Shown: piece after piece, positions 54,135 to 64,000 of the stretch
Layout: each line of letters starts with the position of its first letter
Numbering within the stretch: position 1 is the stretch's first letter
Assembly (NCBI GenBank): GCA_008690995.1
Contig: VRMN01000010.1
Location: 124,001 to 188,000 of the forward strand
Source of the DNA: Porphyridium purpureum
Taxonomy: Eukaryota
DNA length: 64,000 bases
Direction: 5' to 3'
Notes under the pieces: model-generated
What the model was told of the DNA's origin: nothing
Databases searched by the model: none
What the model saw: only the letters and a program-made list of their open reading frames with translations
Position numbers and translations under genes: made by a program

Positions 54135-54752
54135 TTATTGCTTGGGCCAGAAGTTTCCGTCCGCAGGGAACTGGATGCCCTTCTTGTCAGCGTCAAAGTA
54201 TCCGGTAAAGTCGTTCGGGCCGCCCTTGGGTCGAAAGTCAATGGTGATGCACGCGGCGTCGTTGGGAAGGCCCGGCGGGCATTTGAACACCATGGCCGGG
54301 AGCTCATACTCCTTGGGCTCGCCGCGGCCGCCCTTGCCAAACACCTTTGCCAGCGTGAAGCCACCGAGGCGGGTGTCTGTGAGAGCGACGGTGCGCGTTC
54401 CGCCAGGATGGTTCACGGGGTCGGTGTACGTGCCGACCACCACGCCCGGGTCGAACGCCGCGCTCACGGCCGCCGGCGCCATCATCACTGCCGCAACCGC
54501 ACATGTCGCAGCCACCAACTTGACACGCGCATTCCCATCAACACCATCGCAAGCCGCGTGACGCCTGTTCCGCGGCATCGCTCTGACCGCATCGCACGTG
54601 GTCGACGACGCGCGTGCCGCGCTCTCGCGCACAGTACCTGTCGGCACCACGCCGCGGTCCATGCCGGCCGCAGTCGCCGCCGCCGCGACAAAGCAGATCG
54701 AGCCACGCATCTCCGAACCCGTGCTACCGCTCACCATCCAGCGTTCATCCAT
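54135..54752 (-). CDS. Conserved algal protein of unknown function, probably plastid/thylakoid-lumen targeted
   Basis: Transit-like N-terminus plus hydrophobic signal ending VSA; mature part YTDPVNHPG...IDFRPKGGP...FPADGNFW. Confidence 0.6.
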   Translation of the reverse strand: MDERWMVSGSTGSEMRGSICFVAAAATAAGMDRGVVPTGTVRESAARASSTTCDAVRAMPRNRRHAACDGVDGNARVKLVAATCAVAAVMMAPAAVSAAFDPGVVVGTYTDPVNHPGGTRTVALTDTRLGGFTLAKVFGKGGRGEPKEYELPAMVFKCPPGLPNDAACITIDFRPKGGPNDFTGYFDADKKGIQFPADGNFWPKQ

Positions 54753-55677
54753 CTAACCACACCCCAATACCATTCACTCCCCCCTCGCATCTCCCGCTTG
54801 TCACGCACCATTTCCCATCCCGCAGCGCTTTTCCCGGTTGCTATGAAACTTCGACCCCCCCAAAACGGCATGTGACTGTTCATATCAAAACGCCCTCGTT
54901 TACATACACGCTTGCGGTGCTCCAGCACAGCCCGTCCGATCGGCATCGCGTGTTCTGTCCACTGTACACGAGCTGTACAGCACCCAGCAATGACGCTTGC
55001 TATAAACGGGGCGCGTTCTGGTAGGTCCATGCGGGCGCTCGATACGTGCGTTGGGTGGGTGTACAGTGGACGTGCACTGTACCGCGCGCGAAAGCTACCG
55101 AAAAGTTCGAGAACGATGCGCGGCTGGAGCCGGGGTTTGTAGCAAGAAGGCGCGGCTGTGTGAGAAAGTGTGGGACACGGGAGCCGGAGAGAGAAGGGAG
55201 AAAGGGAAGAGGCACGAGTGTGGGGACGAGTGGACTGCGCTGCGCCGGCTTGTAGGCGAGTCTGTGCTGGTGCGTGCGTGCGTGCGGTCTGTGGGTGCAC
55301 TCGGTACTGCGGTGCGGGGGTGTCTGAAGAGTTAAGGGAGGAGAGGGGCAGGTGGTGAGGATAGGGGGTTGAGGAGGTTGTGGGACTGGGCGTGTGGCGT
55401 GCGGAGTACAGGTGAGAGACGCGTGGAGCTTGGGATTGTGTCGGCTGTGGGCGTGTATCCGGGTGTATGCGAGGGAGGCGGAAGGCGTGCGAGCTGTTTC
55501 GAAGGGGAGCAGCGAAGTGAGAGACTTTTGGTGCGCGTTGTCAGAGCTGGCGTTGCTTGGGTGGGGACTCTTTGCGTACCGTGCCCAAAAAGGTGGATAG
55601 GGGGTTGCCATCGGGTGGACTAAGCACAAGCCGTCATTTCAGTGGAGTAACGACCCGGGTTGTAGGGCGTATATCAG

Positions 55678-56163
55678 ATGTCGGGAGGAGCGTCGTCGGG
55701 GTCGCGCATGTCGGCCTCGCGACTGCGCCTCATGACGGACCTCAAGATGATGAACCAGGAACCGCCAGATGGCTGCAGCGCAAGCCCGCTCAGTGAAAGC
55801 AATCTGTTTGTGTGGGGCGCGACGATCTTTGGGCCTTCCGAGACGCCATGGGAAGGCGGCGTGTATTCGCTGCGCCTAACCTTTACGGAGCAGTACCCGG
55901 AGAAGCCGCCGCGCGTCCGATTTACCTGCGAAATGTTTCATCCCAACGTGTATAGCGACGGCACGCTGTGCCTCGACATTATCCAGGACAAGTGGTCGCC
56001 GATTTATACGGTCAACAGCATCCTCACATCCATCCAGTCGCTGCTGACTGACCCAAACCCGCTCAGCCCGGCAAACACCGAGGCCGCACAAATGTTCACT
56101 ACCTCGCTCGAGGCGTACAACAAGCGCGTGCGTCGCTGTGCCCAGAAGAGCTTAGACGGATGA
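55678..56163 (+). CDS. UBC2: Ubiquitin-conjugating enzyme E2, RAD6/UBC2 type
   Basis: RLRLMTDLK; FHPNVYSDGTLCLDI; WSPIY; PNPLSPAN. Confidence 0.92.
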   Translation: MSGGASSGSRMSASRLRLMTDLKMMNQEPPDGCSASPLSESNLFVWGATIFGPSETPWEGGVYSLRLTFTEQYPEKPPRVRFTCEMFHPNVYSDGTLCLDIIQDKWSPIYTVNSILTSIQSLLTDPNPLSPANTEAAQMFTTSLEAYNKRVRRCAQKSLDG

Positions 56164-56552
56164 CCGACGGCCGGCACACGGAGCAGTGGGCTTTCCTTTC
56201 AGGCAATGAACAAACGAGAAAAGAAAAAGAGAAGAAAAACGAAATAAAGACGATCACTGCGAGCTTGCAGTATTATGACTTCAAAACTTGCGCTTGCGGT
56301 TAAACGACATCCATGCGAGCGCATGCTGCTCATACGACAGGTTTCTATCGAGCGGCATCCCGAAGTCATTCTCTTTTTTTTCTTTTTTTCAGCAACTGTT
56401 TTTTTCCCCGCCCTGTTTTCAGGGCGCGCCTTGAAAACCCGAGACGGACCAGAACAAGAGACGGGAAGCACGCTAGCCAAGCAGAGGGGTTCCTGAAACA
56501 CAGGTCTTGAAGGCATACTTTCAGCTGCGAAGAAACATAAACGCAAAGTCGG

Positions 56553-57447
56553 ATGCTGGCGACCAGCCGCCGGGCGCGAAGCCCGTTCACTGCGCTTGGG
56601 CAGTGGACCCATGGCGCAGCTGGTGTAGTGGCCGTCCTGGTTGCTGTCGCGCTACTAGCCCCGTCTAGTTCAGCTGCTGTCATTCCGAGGGCACCGCTTG
56701 TGCGGCAGCCTTTCCAGGTACGTCTTGCCTTGCGCATCCTTCTGTTCGTAAGGACTCGTGGTTTCTTTGCAAGCACGAAACCTGTTGGTGCCATGAAAAG
56801 AGCCCATGTCGATTCTGCGCCGTGTCCGGACGAACTGAGCTGACTGTGTTCATTTTGTCTTCATGTCTGTGATATTCGGATCTGCATGTGCACAACTTGG
56901 CGTTCAACAGCCCTTGAACCCTCTGCCTGGCTTTTTGGGAACGCCCGCGCCGGCGCCCGACCAGCAGGAGAGCAGCCCTGAGGCAGGAGCGAATACTCCA
57001 AACCCGCCAGAGCTGCCAGAAACCGATCCGCCGCAGCCAGAGTCTCCGCCACCACAACAAACGCAGCCAGATGCCGGGAACTTGCAGCAGCCGCAGAGCG
57101 CGCCGCCACCGGGACCACGCGCACCGGGCATTGTGGTACCTTTCTTGACTGTGGTTCCGTTTGATCAGCTGCCGCCTGGAGGAGACGGCAGCGCGGGCGG
57201 CGTAGGCTCTGAGTTTGACACGAGTGGGCTGCCGCCCTTTGGACCGAGTCCAGATCCTGGCGCTGGTCAGTTTGGGCCATTCAGTCCACTAGCGCCAGCG
57301 CCTGAGCCCCAGCCCCAGCCCCAGCCCCAGCCCCAGCCCGAACCAGAGCCGGAGCTCGAGCCAGAACAAGACCAAGGCCCGCGCGTTCAGTTCCAGCCGC
57401 TCGCCCAAGTGTTACCCAGACCAAATCTCGAATTTGGACGTCGCTAG
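56553..57447 (+). CDS. Secreted Pro/Gln-rich protein, two exons (56553-56717, 56911-57447), ~233 aa
   Basis: Signal-like VVAVLVAVALLAPSSSA; phase-0 intron CAG|GTACGT...CTGAC...AACAG| joins two ORF-track frames; PQ/PE repeats. Confidence 0.65.
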
Positions 57448-58121
57448 ATGGCGACGCGTCTCCGATTGTTGGCCTGGAGCTACTTTCAGAGTTGACGCTG
57501 GTTGACGAGTGAAATTCAAGCGGCGCGTGTTTCGTTTTACCCCTCTGACTTGATTTGATTCGGTCATCGTCCTGCCGAATTGTTTCTTTGTTTCCGTACC
57601 CCACAAAACCTAATGCAGTCTGTTCAAACTTGCAGAAAAGGTCTTTTCCCTCACTGAGTCTTGAGAGGGGCAAAGAAAATCTCACATGGAGGAACGTAGA
57701 CTTCGAAGCGACGCTTCCATCAGCATCTATCCGCGTAGACTTGGTGTAGACATCATCATGAAGCAACCTGCCCAGCATGGCAAATCTTCCTCTGACTAGC
57801 CAAATCTGAAATGTCGCTCGACGTTTGCCGCTACGTCATCCATGTTCCACAGACATGTCCTCCAATCACCGACGCCATCGCATGATGACCCACTCACGCA
57901 CGAAAGCAAGCGCGTCCACCAACTCGACAGGACGCGTAGTGACACGTTCTCAGCGTCTCCGAGGTTGAAACCAAGCTGCTCGCACCGCATGGACTTGCAC
58001 AACTAGGCGCGTGAAGCGATGTTACCGTCGTGCCATCGAACCATCTGCGCTCGTGTCCTCCAATTCCACTGCGGGCGCAACGAGCTGCAGCACACGACTT
58101 ATAACCGTTAAACCGGTATCC

Positions 58122-58220
58122 TTTCGGTTTCGGTTTCGGTTTCGGTTTCGGTTTCGGTTTCGGTTTCGGTTTCGGTTTCGGTTTCGGTTTCGGTTTCGGT
58201 TTCGGTTTCGGTTTCGGTTT
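58122..58220. repeat. Perfect hexamer tandem repeat (TTTCGG)~16
   Basis: Directly visible, ~180 bp upstream of the FANCI-like ATG. Confidence 0.95.
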
Positions 58221-58401
58221 GCGCGGATGAACCGGTTTCTCCGTAAACCGAAAACGTTTAGTTCGCGCCATTTGTTGGATGGACGGCCACTTTCGAATCG
58301 TGCATGTGCTGCGGGACAGGGATAGGAAGTCCTGGAGACTCGGACAAACAAGAGGAATGGATGCACAAAGGGCATGCATGTGACAGAGAGGAGAACTCAG
58401 G

Positions 58402-61400
58402 ATGGCGTCCTTGGCCGCAGCATCTCTGCCCGCGGACGCGGGGTCTGCGGAAATGGACGCGGCGCGCGCGGCGGTCGAGTTGTACGCGCGCAGACTAAAG
58501 TTTGCAAGCATGCATGCGTTTGGTGAGCAGATGCGCGGCGTGACAAGACGCCTCGTGGGATATTCTGCGGCACAGCATAAGCATATGCTCCGCGCGTTTG
58601 GCGATGCATACTTATTTGCGTGCTTAATGCCTGGCTTGCAGAGTGAGTTGCGAGAGCGCGTGCTGGCCGCCGCGCTCGACACCATGTTTGACGAGAATCA
58701 GAACCCGAATTCGAATCCTCATCATCAAAGTCACGCCCAGCAGAGAAATGCGACGCAGCAGTTGCGTATAGGGTACGGCATGTCGCAGTCTGTGTCTGCG
58801 TACTCGCAAATCCAGCGCGCGGTCACGGTCTCCGCTATGAATCAGTCGGCAAAGCACCTCAAGCTGGGTGCTCTTCTAGATCTCGAACTGTCGGTTCAAA
58901 CACTTTTCCGGATCGCAAGCGATGCCTTCTCGCACTTTGCTGCACCGCTCGCAACACAAGCATTTCAGCTCCTTGAGCGCATCGAGAGCGTGCAGGTGCT
59001 AGCAGGTTCACACGATTTGGTCCCGATCGGCCAGCGCGCTCGCCACGGTCGTACCAGTGTGGACGACGACGGAGTGGGCGCGCCTGGAACCCAAACTCAG
59101 ACTGAATTAGACGCTGCAGCAGCCAACGGAGCGAAGACCACGTGTGCACAAGAAGCGGTGGACGAGTCCGACAGCAACACCGAGTCCATGACTGGGCCAG
59201 TGTTTGTAAAACGTCTGCTCGTTCACTTAATCGACATGCACAAACCAGAGCACCGTAATATCATTCAAAGCAGTCTTGGGCGTGAGTCGAGCTCATTGTC
59301 ATCCGTACGAAACCATGGGTCTTGTGCCCCGACGCGGACAGAGCGCAGTGGAGCTGCGGCCCCGTTGAACGCTGTGTGCCTTGTCTCGGTTTCTCACGAT
59401 GTTATCCTCGGTTGCGCACGCGCAAGAGACGACGCGACCTTTGTGAAGGACGTATGGCACGCATTACTGGATTGGTTACATTTTGTCGATCCTGTTGACC
59501 TTCCTGCGTTCGTGTACCAGCTTCTGCTTCTTTGCAAAGATCTGGACGTAAATATGAAACATTCTGGTGCAGCCGCGGGTGGAGGTATGGCCGGCTTGAG
59601 CAACGTGACAAGCTACAAGCCTCTCATCGGCGTTGCAAAAGGCAGTGGTTTGAAAAAAGCTGACAAGCTTGCCATGCGAAAACTGCTGATTGACAGCGTG
59701 GCCGAACGATTCACCAAACTCGAAGTAGCATCCGAAGTTGAATCAGGAGCCAGACGCGAAACAGACCATCGCACTGAGGGTCCCTCGTCGTTTGGACGTT
59801 TAAGGGAACAACTGGAGCGAGAGGAGGAGCCTCATGCGATTGATGAAATTTTGCCTGTGGCTTCGGCTGCTAGAGTGTGCGTAGGCTCTAGTTCGATCAG
59901 CTCGCGCGTGTTGCAGGACATTCAAGCAACAACACTCTTTCACTTTGATACCTTTTGCACACAGGACGCTCTGTTTGCAAAATGCCTGAGTGATTTAGTC
60001 TCGGAACCATCGTCGCTCCGTGTATCATCTGGCGGCTCTTCCACTGGCACCCTGTCGCTCACGTGCTCATTTGGGCTCGCACTTCTGATTTGCTTTGGCC
60101 GTCGCTCAGCAACAGGCTCATCTTCTGCGGGCGATGGTACAACTTCCGCATCGGGCCGAGCTGGAATCGAGCGGTCCAGTTCGTCGTGGTCTATGCCGGC
60201 TGCTGCACCGCTCGGTATGTCAGCATTGCAGGAGCTCCATCCCGCAACAAAGTATGTGTATGCGGCATACGAGCTCGCGCTCACGGATTACTTGCCGTTT
60301 GTAGACCGCGTCGATGCTTTCCTAATGTCAGTTGGTGACGAAGATGATGATTCCACAGGGCGTGGACAAGGGGAGCACATTCTGAAAGTCCTTGAAGGAC
60401 GATTGAAAGAAGTGGCAGCTCGAAGCTCGAGTGCAGGTGCATGGGCGCATTTGGCTCCTCGCATTGCGCAGTTAGCGCTCGAGCTCGTTAGTTGCCTGCC
60501 AAGGCACATCCATATGAATGGTGTGCGTGGCTCAGGCGCTTCTGCGGGCTCCGCGTGTGTCCTTCAGCAGCCCGCCCTTGCGCGGAGAGTTCTTGTTCCG
60601 CGCTTGCGCGCCCTTTCACGTAGTTTGCTGCACATCCTTCTCTTTAACGCGAACGAACATGCGCAAGGATTTGAAACGGGAGCTTCACGCAGCCTCGCCG
60701 CAGCAAATGCCGAGCAGCAGAACCAGATTTGCGCGGAAGTGCTTGACTTTTGTCTTTATCGCATTGTCGCAAACGACGGTGACACACAATTTTGCAGCGA
60801 GCTTGCAGCCGAGATTCTCGGCCGATGCGCGACTTCTACCGAGTTCACGTCATCAAATCACTTAGAAGACGTCAAAGCACGTGTGACGTTTCACCTTGAC
60901 AGCATCGTTTCCGAGAAACCCGCTGCGCTTCGTCGCTTCGTGCGCGTGTTGTACCCCTTGCTTGCTGCGGAACTTTATCATCAGCGAGCACAGAGAGGCC
61001 GACATTCTCTTGATGGTTTGAACCAGGCGCGTGGCAATAATGGCCAGCTTCCCACCAGTGGGAGTGGTACTTCCAGGAGTTTCAATGCCAGTGTTTGTAG
61101 CTTGAATAATCGCGTGTTGATGCTCGCCAGGAAGTGTCAGTTCCATCAGGATTCCGCGGCGCAATCCAGCGCTACGCTCACATTAATTGAATACTGCCAT
61201 TGGTACGAGAATGAAGCGATAGCTTCAGTTCTTGACGTGCACACGAAGCAAGCAAGGCTGCCCGAGCGAGTGCATGCTATGTCTCCACGTTCTTACCCTG
61301 TTTCTGATTTGGGTGCATTGGTGACGAGAATGTTGAACCAGCATTGTTCCGTGCGCGAAGCCGTTTACCTCGAGACCGTAGGGCTAGCTGACTGTACGAG

Positions 61401-64000
61401 CCGGAATCGCAACAACGAAAGTGTTCGTGCTACGACCGCGCCGCTGCGAAGCAGTGCGACGGGTAGAATTCTACGCGATGTGCTTGCTGTCAAGTGTGCG
61501 GACTACATTGAAGATGACTCTAACGGATCGGCAACATCGTCCATGAGCACTCGTTTTCGCCGCGCCATTGGTCGCACTCAGATGTGTGTTCTGGAACCCG
61601 TTGGGTCATTGCTGCAGGCTGCGCTCTACTTTGACCAGCCGGTCTCCCAAGGTGCGACCAGCGAGGCCGGTGATGACCACGACACCGGCAGAAGCACCAG
61701 TGACATGGAGGTGCGACGCTTCGACAACGGAGCAGGCTATAGTAAGGTAGGGAGTCTTGCGCTCGCAAGCACCCGATGGACCGACTTTGTGCGCGTGTTT
61801 TCGCTAACGCCATTTGCTGTAGTTCAGCAGCACCAGCAGCAATCCTCGAGTTCCCCCGCCAATGAAAGCCGCGATATGGACCAGCAGTTTTACTATCGAA
61901 GTTGTGCCGATGACGATGCAGCACGGGCTGCAGCATCTCTAGAAGCGAGCGTCTTGCTGGGTGTTCTCGATTTCTTGCTTGCCCGGCTTCTCACCGAACG
62001 TCCCCCTCATCTGGATGTTGCGGCATCACTGAGGGTGGTGAACATGCATGCAATCTTGTTGGACGCCTCCGCCAAGCTATCCAATGCCACTGCTGCTGCC
62101 TCTGCCGCGACCAAGAGGCTGAACAAGAAGGATGGTGATGGAGATGGTGTGGAGGACGAGCCTCATGCCAAGCGCACACGAATTGGCGGTTCGGGAAAGG
62201 GTAAGGGTAAGGGTAAGAGTAAGGGAAGAGGACTCGGTACGGACCGGGGCGAGGACAGCGGCTCATTATTGGATACGCTCGACTGGTCTGAACGCGTTGC
62301 GTTGTATGCCGGCGAGGACTGGCCACATCTATTCTCGACACTTGCGGTGATGCTGAGCAGTGGTAGCAATGCAAGCTTAACAGCACAAAACGAACGGGCA
62401 CATTTTGTCTTGCTAAAAGTGATTGACGCTCAGCTGAAACGTCGAATGGAAGTGGATTGCAGCGACGGCCTTTGTGAGGATGGAATTGATCATATATTCA
62501 AGCTTTCCACGGGTATTACAGTTCCTGTGTTTCACTTGGGAGAAGATCCGCAGATGCTTGACGGCGTGACAAGTGAAAATCATGAAAGCGGCCTGCATAC
62601 TGCTTTCCAGGCTCTTATGGGTACTTTTAAGTTTTACCGTCGTCGGTGTGACCCGACATCGTCTCGTCTGGAAGCGCGTTGCGGTGTGCTTGCGCTCGAA
62701 TGCACCAAGAAGCTGTTTCGAGTTGCGCTTGAAAGTGACACCGCGAATGGCGCGGGTCCGGTGCGGGATGAAAACGGACCAGGGGATCAATATGGAGCGC
62801 ATGCTGGGCAGTACATCGAGAAGGAACTGCGCAGACTTGATTATGTATGCGCAGCATTCCTGCCGCCCCCGATGCGGCTTCAAGCCGGGCGCGCGCAAGA
62901 CCGTACCGTGAGTCAGGGTGCAGTTCAAAGCCAAAGCCTGAAAGACAACCAGCGCTTGCGCATGAATGCCGGCAACGAGGATGCCCAGATTGCTTGCGGC
63001 GGCGGTGGAGGACAGGTGGCAGTTCGTTGCATCGAAGCACTAGAGGAGCTCGTTTCGAATCTTCTTGGTGAATCACAGTGGCGCCATGCAATAGTTGTTC
63101 TCCACATGATCGCTACACTTTCCGCCCGCGCATCCATGCTCCTGCGCGGCGCGCCCAGTGCCGCCAGATGTGTTGAGCATGCGATTTTCGAATCGGAGCG
63201 GCTCGTGTGGGTGAAAAATCATTTTGGTAGTACTGTGCCGTCTTCGACTTCGTCCGGCTCGGATGCAGCCGCAGCCACGAGCATTGGATGTGCATTGGCC
63301 GAACTAATGATCAACACTTCGGCAGACAAGCACAAAAACTTGGTGGTGCTTCACGAGCTTGCTCGTGCACTCGAATACAATTTTGGCAGTAACAACCCCG
63401 ACGCGCCACCGCGCGCCGCGCCAAACATGTTGGCCTCAAGTGGTGTTCTGAGCGGTGGCCCGCACGGTCGTGAAAACTGTCACGCTATTCTTCAAAGTGT
63501 CATGTGTGCAGCAAGTTCGGCCGCACAGCAGTTGGGAAATGCAGCGGACGCGAGCCAGCGGCGCGTGCTGCGGAGTCTAAGCTCGAGCACATACATGGGG
63601 AGCGCAGACGATTGTGTACTCACCGAGCTGCGCCGCTGCCATGATATGGAGGCAGAGATGTACGTGAGGATGGAGCTTGTAGTGGGTGTGATGGTCGCAG
63701 CGCTTCGTTCACTCATTACACGCGTCGCGCAGATTGAAGTCGTCCTTCGTACCACAATCGTTGTGTATAAGGTTCTGCTCAAGTTTGCCACACATGCCGA
63801 CCAGCGTCTCAAGCGCAGCGGTGGCGGCAGTGCCGCGAAGAAAGGTAGCGCATTTGCATTCGAATTTCAAGCCGCTTTCGGGACGCTGATTGAAAAAGTG
63901 GTTTCCGAGCTGACGCCAGCAACGTACGCGTTCATGTCATTTGCCACCTCAGATGCTGTCCCCGCAGGCAAGAAGTCCTTCATTCGAAAGGAGTCACGTA
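58402..64000 (+). CDS. FANCI: Fanconi anemia group I-like protein (3' end beyond window)
   Basis: Open frame from ATG 58402: the first ~1 kb was checked codon by codon, and no closed ORF is listed in this frame. Motifs DLPAFVYQLLLL, VLMLARKCQF, LTPATYAFMSF, IRKESR resemble FANCI blocks. Confidence 0.78.
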   Translation, partial: MASLAAASLPADAGSAEMDAARAAVELYARRLKFASMHAFGEQMRGVTRRLVGYSAAQHKHMLRAFGDAYLFACLMPGLQSELRERVLAAALDTMFDENQNPNSNPHHQSHAQQRNATQQLRIGYGMSQSVSAYSQIQRAVTVSAMNQSAKHLKLGALLDLELSVQTLFRIASDAFSHFAAPLATQAFQLLERIESVQVLAGSHDLVPIGQRARHGRTSVDDDGVGAPGTQTQTELDAAAANGAKTTCAQEAVDESDSNTESMTGPVFVKRLLVHLIDMHKPEHRNIIQSSLGRESSSLSSVRNHGSCAPTRTERSGAAAPLNAVCLVSVSHDVILGCARARDDATFVKDVWHALLDWLHFVDPVDLPAFVYQLLLLCKDLDVNMKHSGAAAGGGMAGLSNVTSYKPLIGVAKGSGLKKADKLAMRKLLIDSVAERFTKLEVASEVESGARRETDHRTEGPSSFGRLREQLEREEEPHAIDEILPVASAARVCVGSSSISSRVLQDIQATTLFHFDTFCTQDALFAKCLSDLVSEPSSLRVSSGGSSTGTLSLTCSFGLALLICFGRRSATGSSSAGDGTTSASGRAGIERSSSSWSMPAAAPLGMSALQELHPATKYVYAAYELALTDYLPFVDRVDAFLMSVGDEDDDSTGRGQGEHILKVLEGRLKEVAARSSSAGAWAHLAPRIAQLALELVSCLPRHIHMNGVRGSGASAGSACVLQQPALARRVLVPRLRALSRSLLHILLFNANEHAQGFETGASRSLAAANAEQQNQICAEVLDFCLYRIVANDGDTQFCSELAAEILGRCATSTEFTSSNHLEDVKARVTFHLDSIVSEKPAALRRFVRVLYPLLAAELYHQRAQRGRHSLDGLNQARGNNGQLPTSGSGTSRSFNASVCSLNNRVLMLARKCQFHQDSAAQSSATLTLIEYCHWYENEAIASVLDVHTKQARLPERVHAMSPRSYPVSDLGALVTRMLNQHCSVREAVYLETVGLADCTSRNRNNESVRATTAPLRSSATGRILRDVLAVKCADYIEDDSNGSATSSMSTRFRRAIGRTQMCVLEPVGSLLQAALYFDQPVSQGATSEAGDDHDTGRSTSDMEVRRFDNGAGYSKVGSLALASTRWTDFVRVFSLTPFAVVQQHQQQSSSSPANESRDMDQQFYYRSCADDDAARAAASLEASVLLGVLDFLLARLLTERPPHLDVAASLRVVNMHAILLDASAKLSNATAAASAATKRLNKKDGDGDGVEDEPHAKRTRIGGSGKGKGKGKSKGRGLGTDRGEDSGSLLDTLDWSERVALYAGEDWPHLFSTLAVMLSSGSNASLTAQNERAHFVLLKVIDAQLKRRMEVDCSDGLCEDGIDHIFKLSTGITVPVFHLGEDPQMLDGVTSENHESGLHTAFQALMGTFKFYRRRCDPTSSRLEARCGVLALECTKKLFRVALESDTANGAGPVRDENGPGDQYGAHAGQYIEKELRRLDYVCAAFLPPPMRLQAGRAQDRTVSQGAVQSQSLKDNQRLRMNAGNEDAQIACGGGGGQVAVRCIEALEELVSNLLGESQWRHAIVVLHMIATLSARASMLLRGAPSAARCVEHAIFESERLVWVKNHFGSTVPSSTSSGSDAAAATSIGCALAELMINTSADKHKNLVVLHELARALEYNFGSNNPDAPPRAAPNMLASSGVLSGGPHGRENCHAILQSVMCAASSAAQQLGNAADASQRRVLRSLSSSTYMGSADDCVLTELRRCHDMEAEMYVRMELVVGVMVAALRSLITRVAQIEVVLRTTIVVYKVLLKFATHADQRLKRSGGGSAAKKGSAFAFEFQAAFGTLIEKVVSELTPATYAFMSFATSDAVPAGKKSFIRKESR

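Noticed and set aside
57894..58685. ORFs with PK/RN/RF dipeptide runs
   Set aside because: Translation artefacts of the hexamer repeat
62196..62226. Telomere-like GGGTAA repeats
   Set aside because: In-frame Gly-Lys low-complexity coding within the FANCI-like ORF

Overview
Eukaryotic, compact, almost intron-free algal nuclear DNA. MAFV/MFV-type plastid transit peptides and a nuclear ispH point to a red alga, Porphyridium-like (inference). The left half (1 to ~30.6 kb) is a dynamic tandem array of four paralogous genes with the architecture highly internally conserved WD40 repeats / two EH domains / Pro-Glu linker / SAM-like tail. It is interspersed with a Ty1/copia element nested at the end of a solo LTR, three further LTR copies, two Tc1/mariner elements, a Crypton-type tyrosine-recombinase gene with one nonsense codon, and degenerate duplicated flanks. 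The right half is gene-dense single-copy DNA: ispH, MCM9, a Kv-type channel, MED10, an extended SDR, a head-to-head hydG/hydE pair of [FeFe]-hydrogenase H-cluster maturases, a STELLO-like glycosyltransferase, inositol 2-dehydrogenase, a tandem-BRCT protein, RAD6/UBC2, a spliced Pro-rich secreted protein, and a >1860-codon FANCI-like ORF that the ORF track misses because it runs off the window. Top leads are (1) the intact divergent hydG-hydE pair in an apparent red alga, (2) the hypervariable WD40-EH-SAM array with recurrent LTR insertion into its promoters, and (3) the Crypton element.
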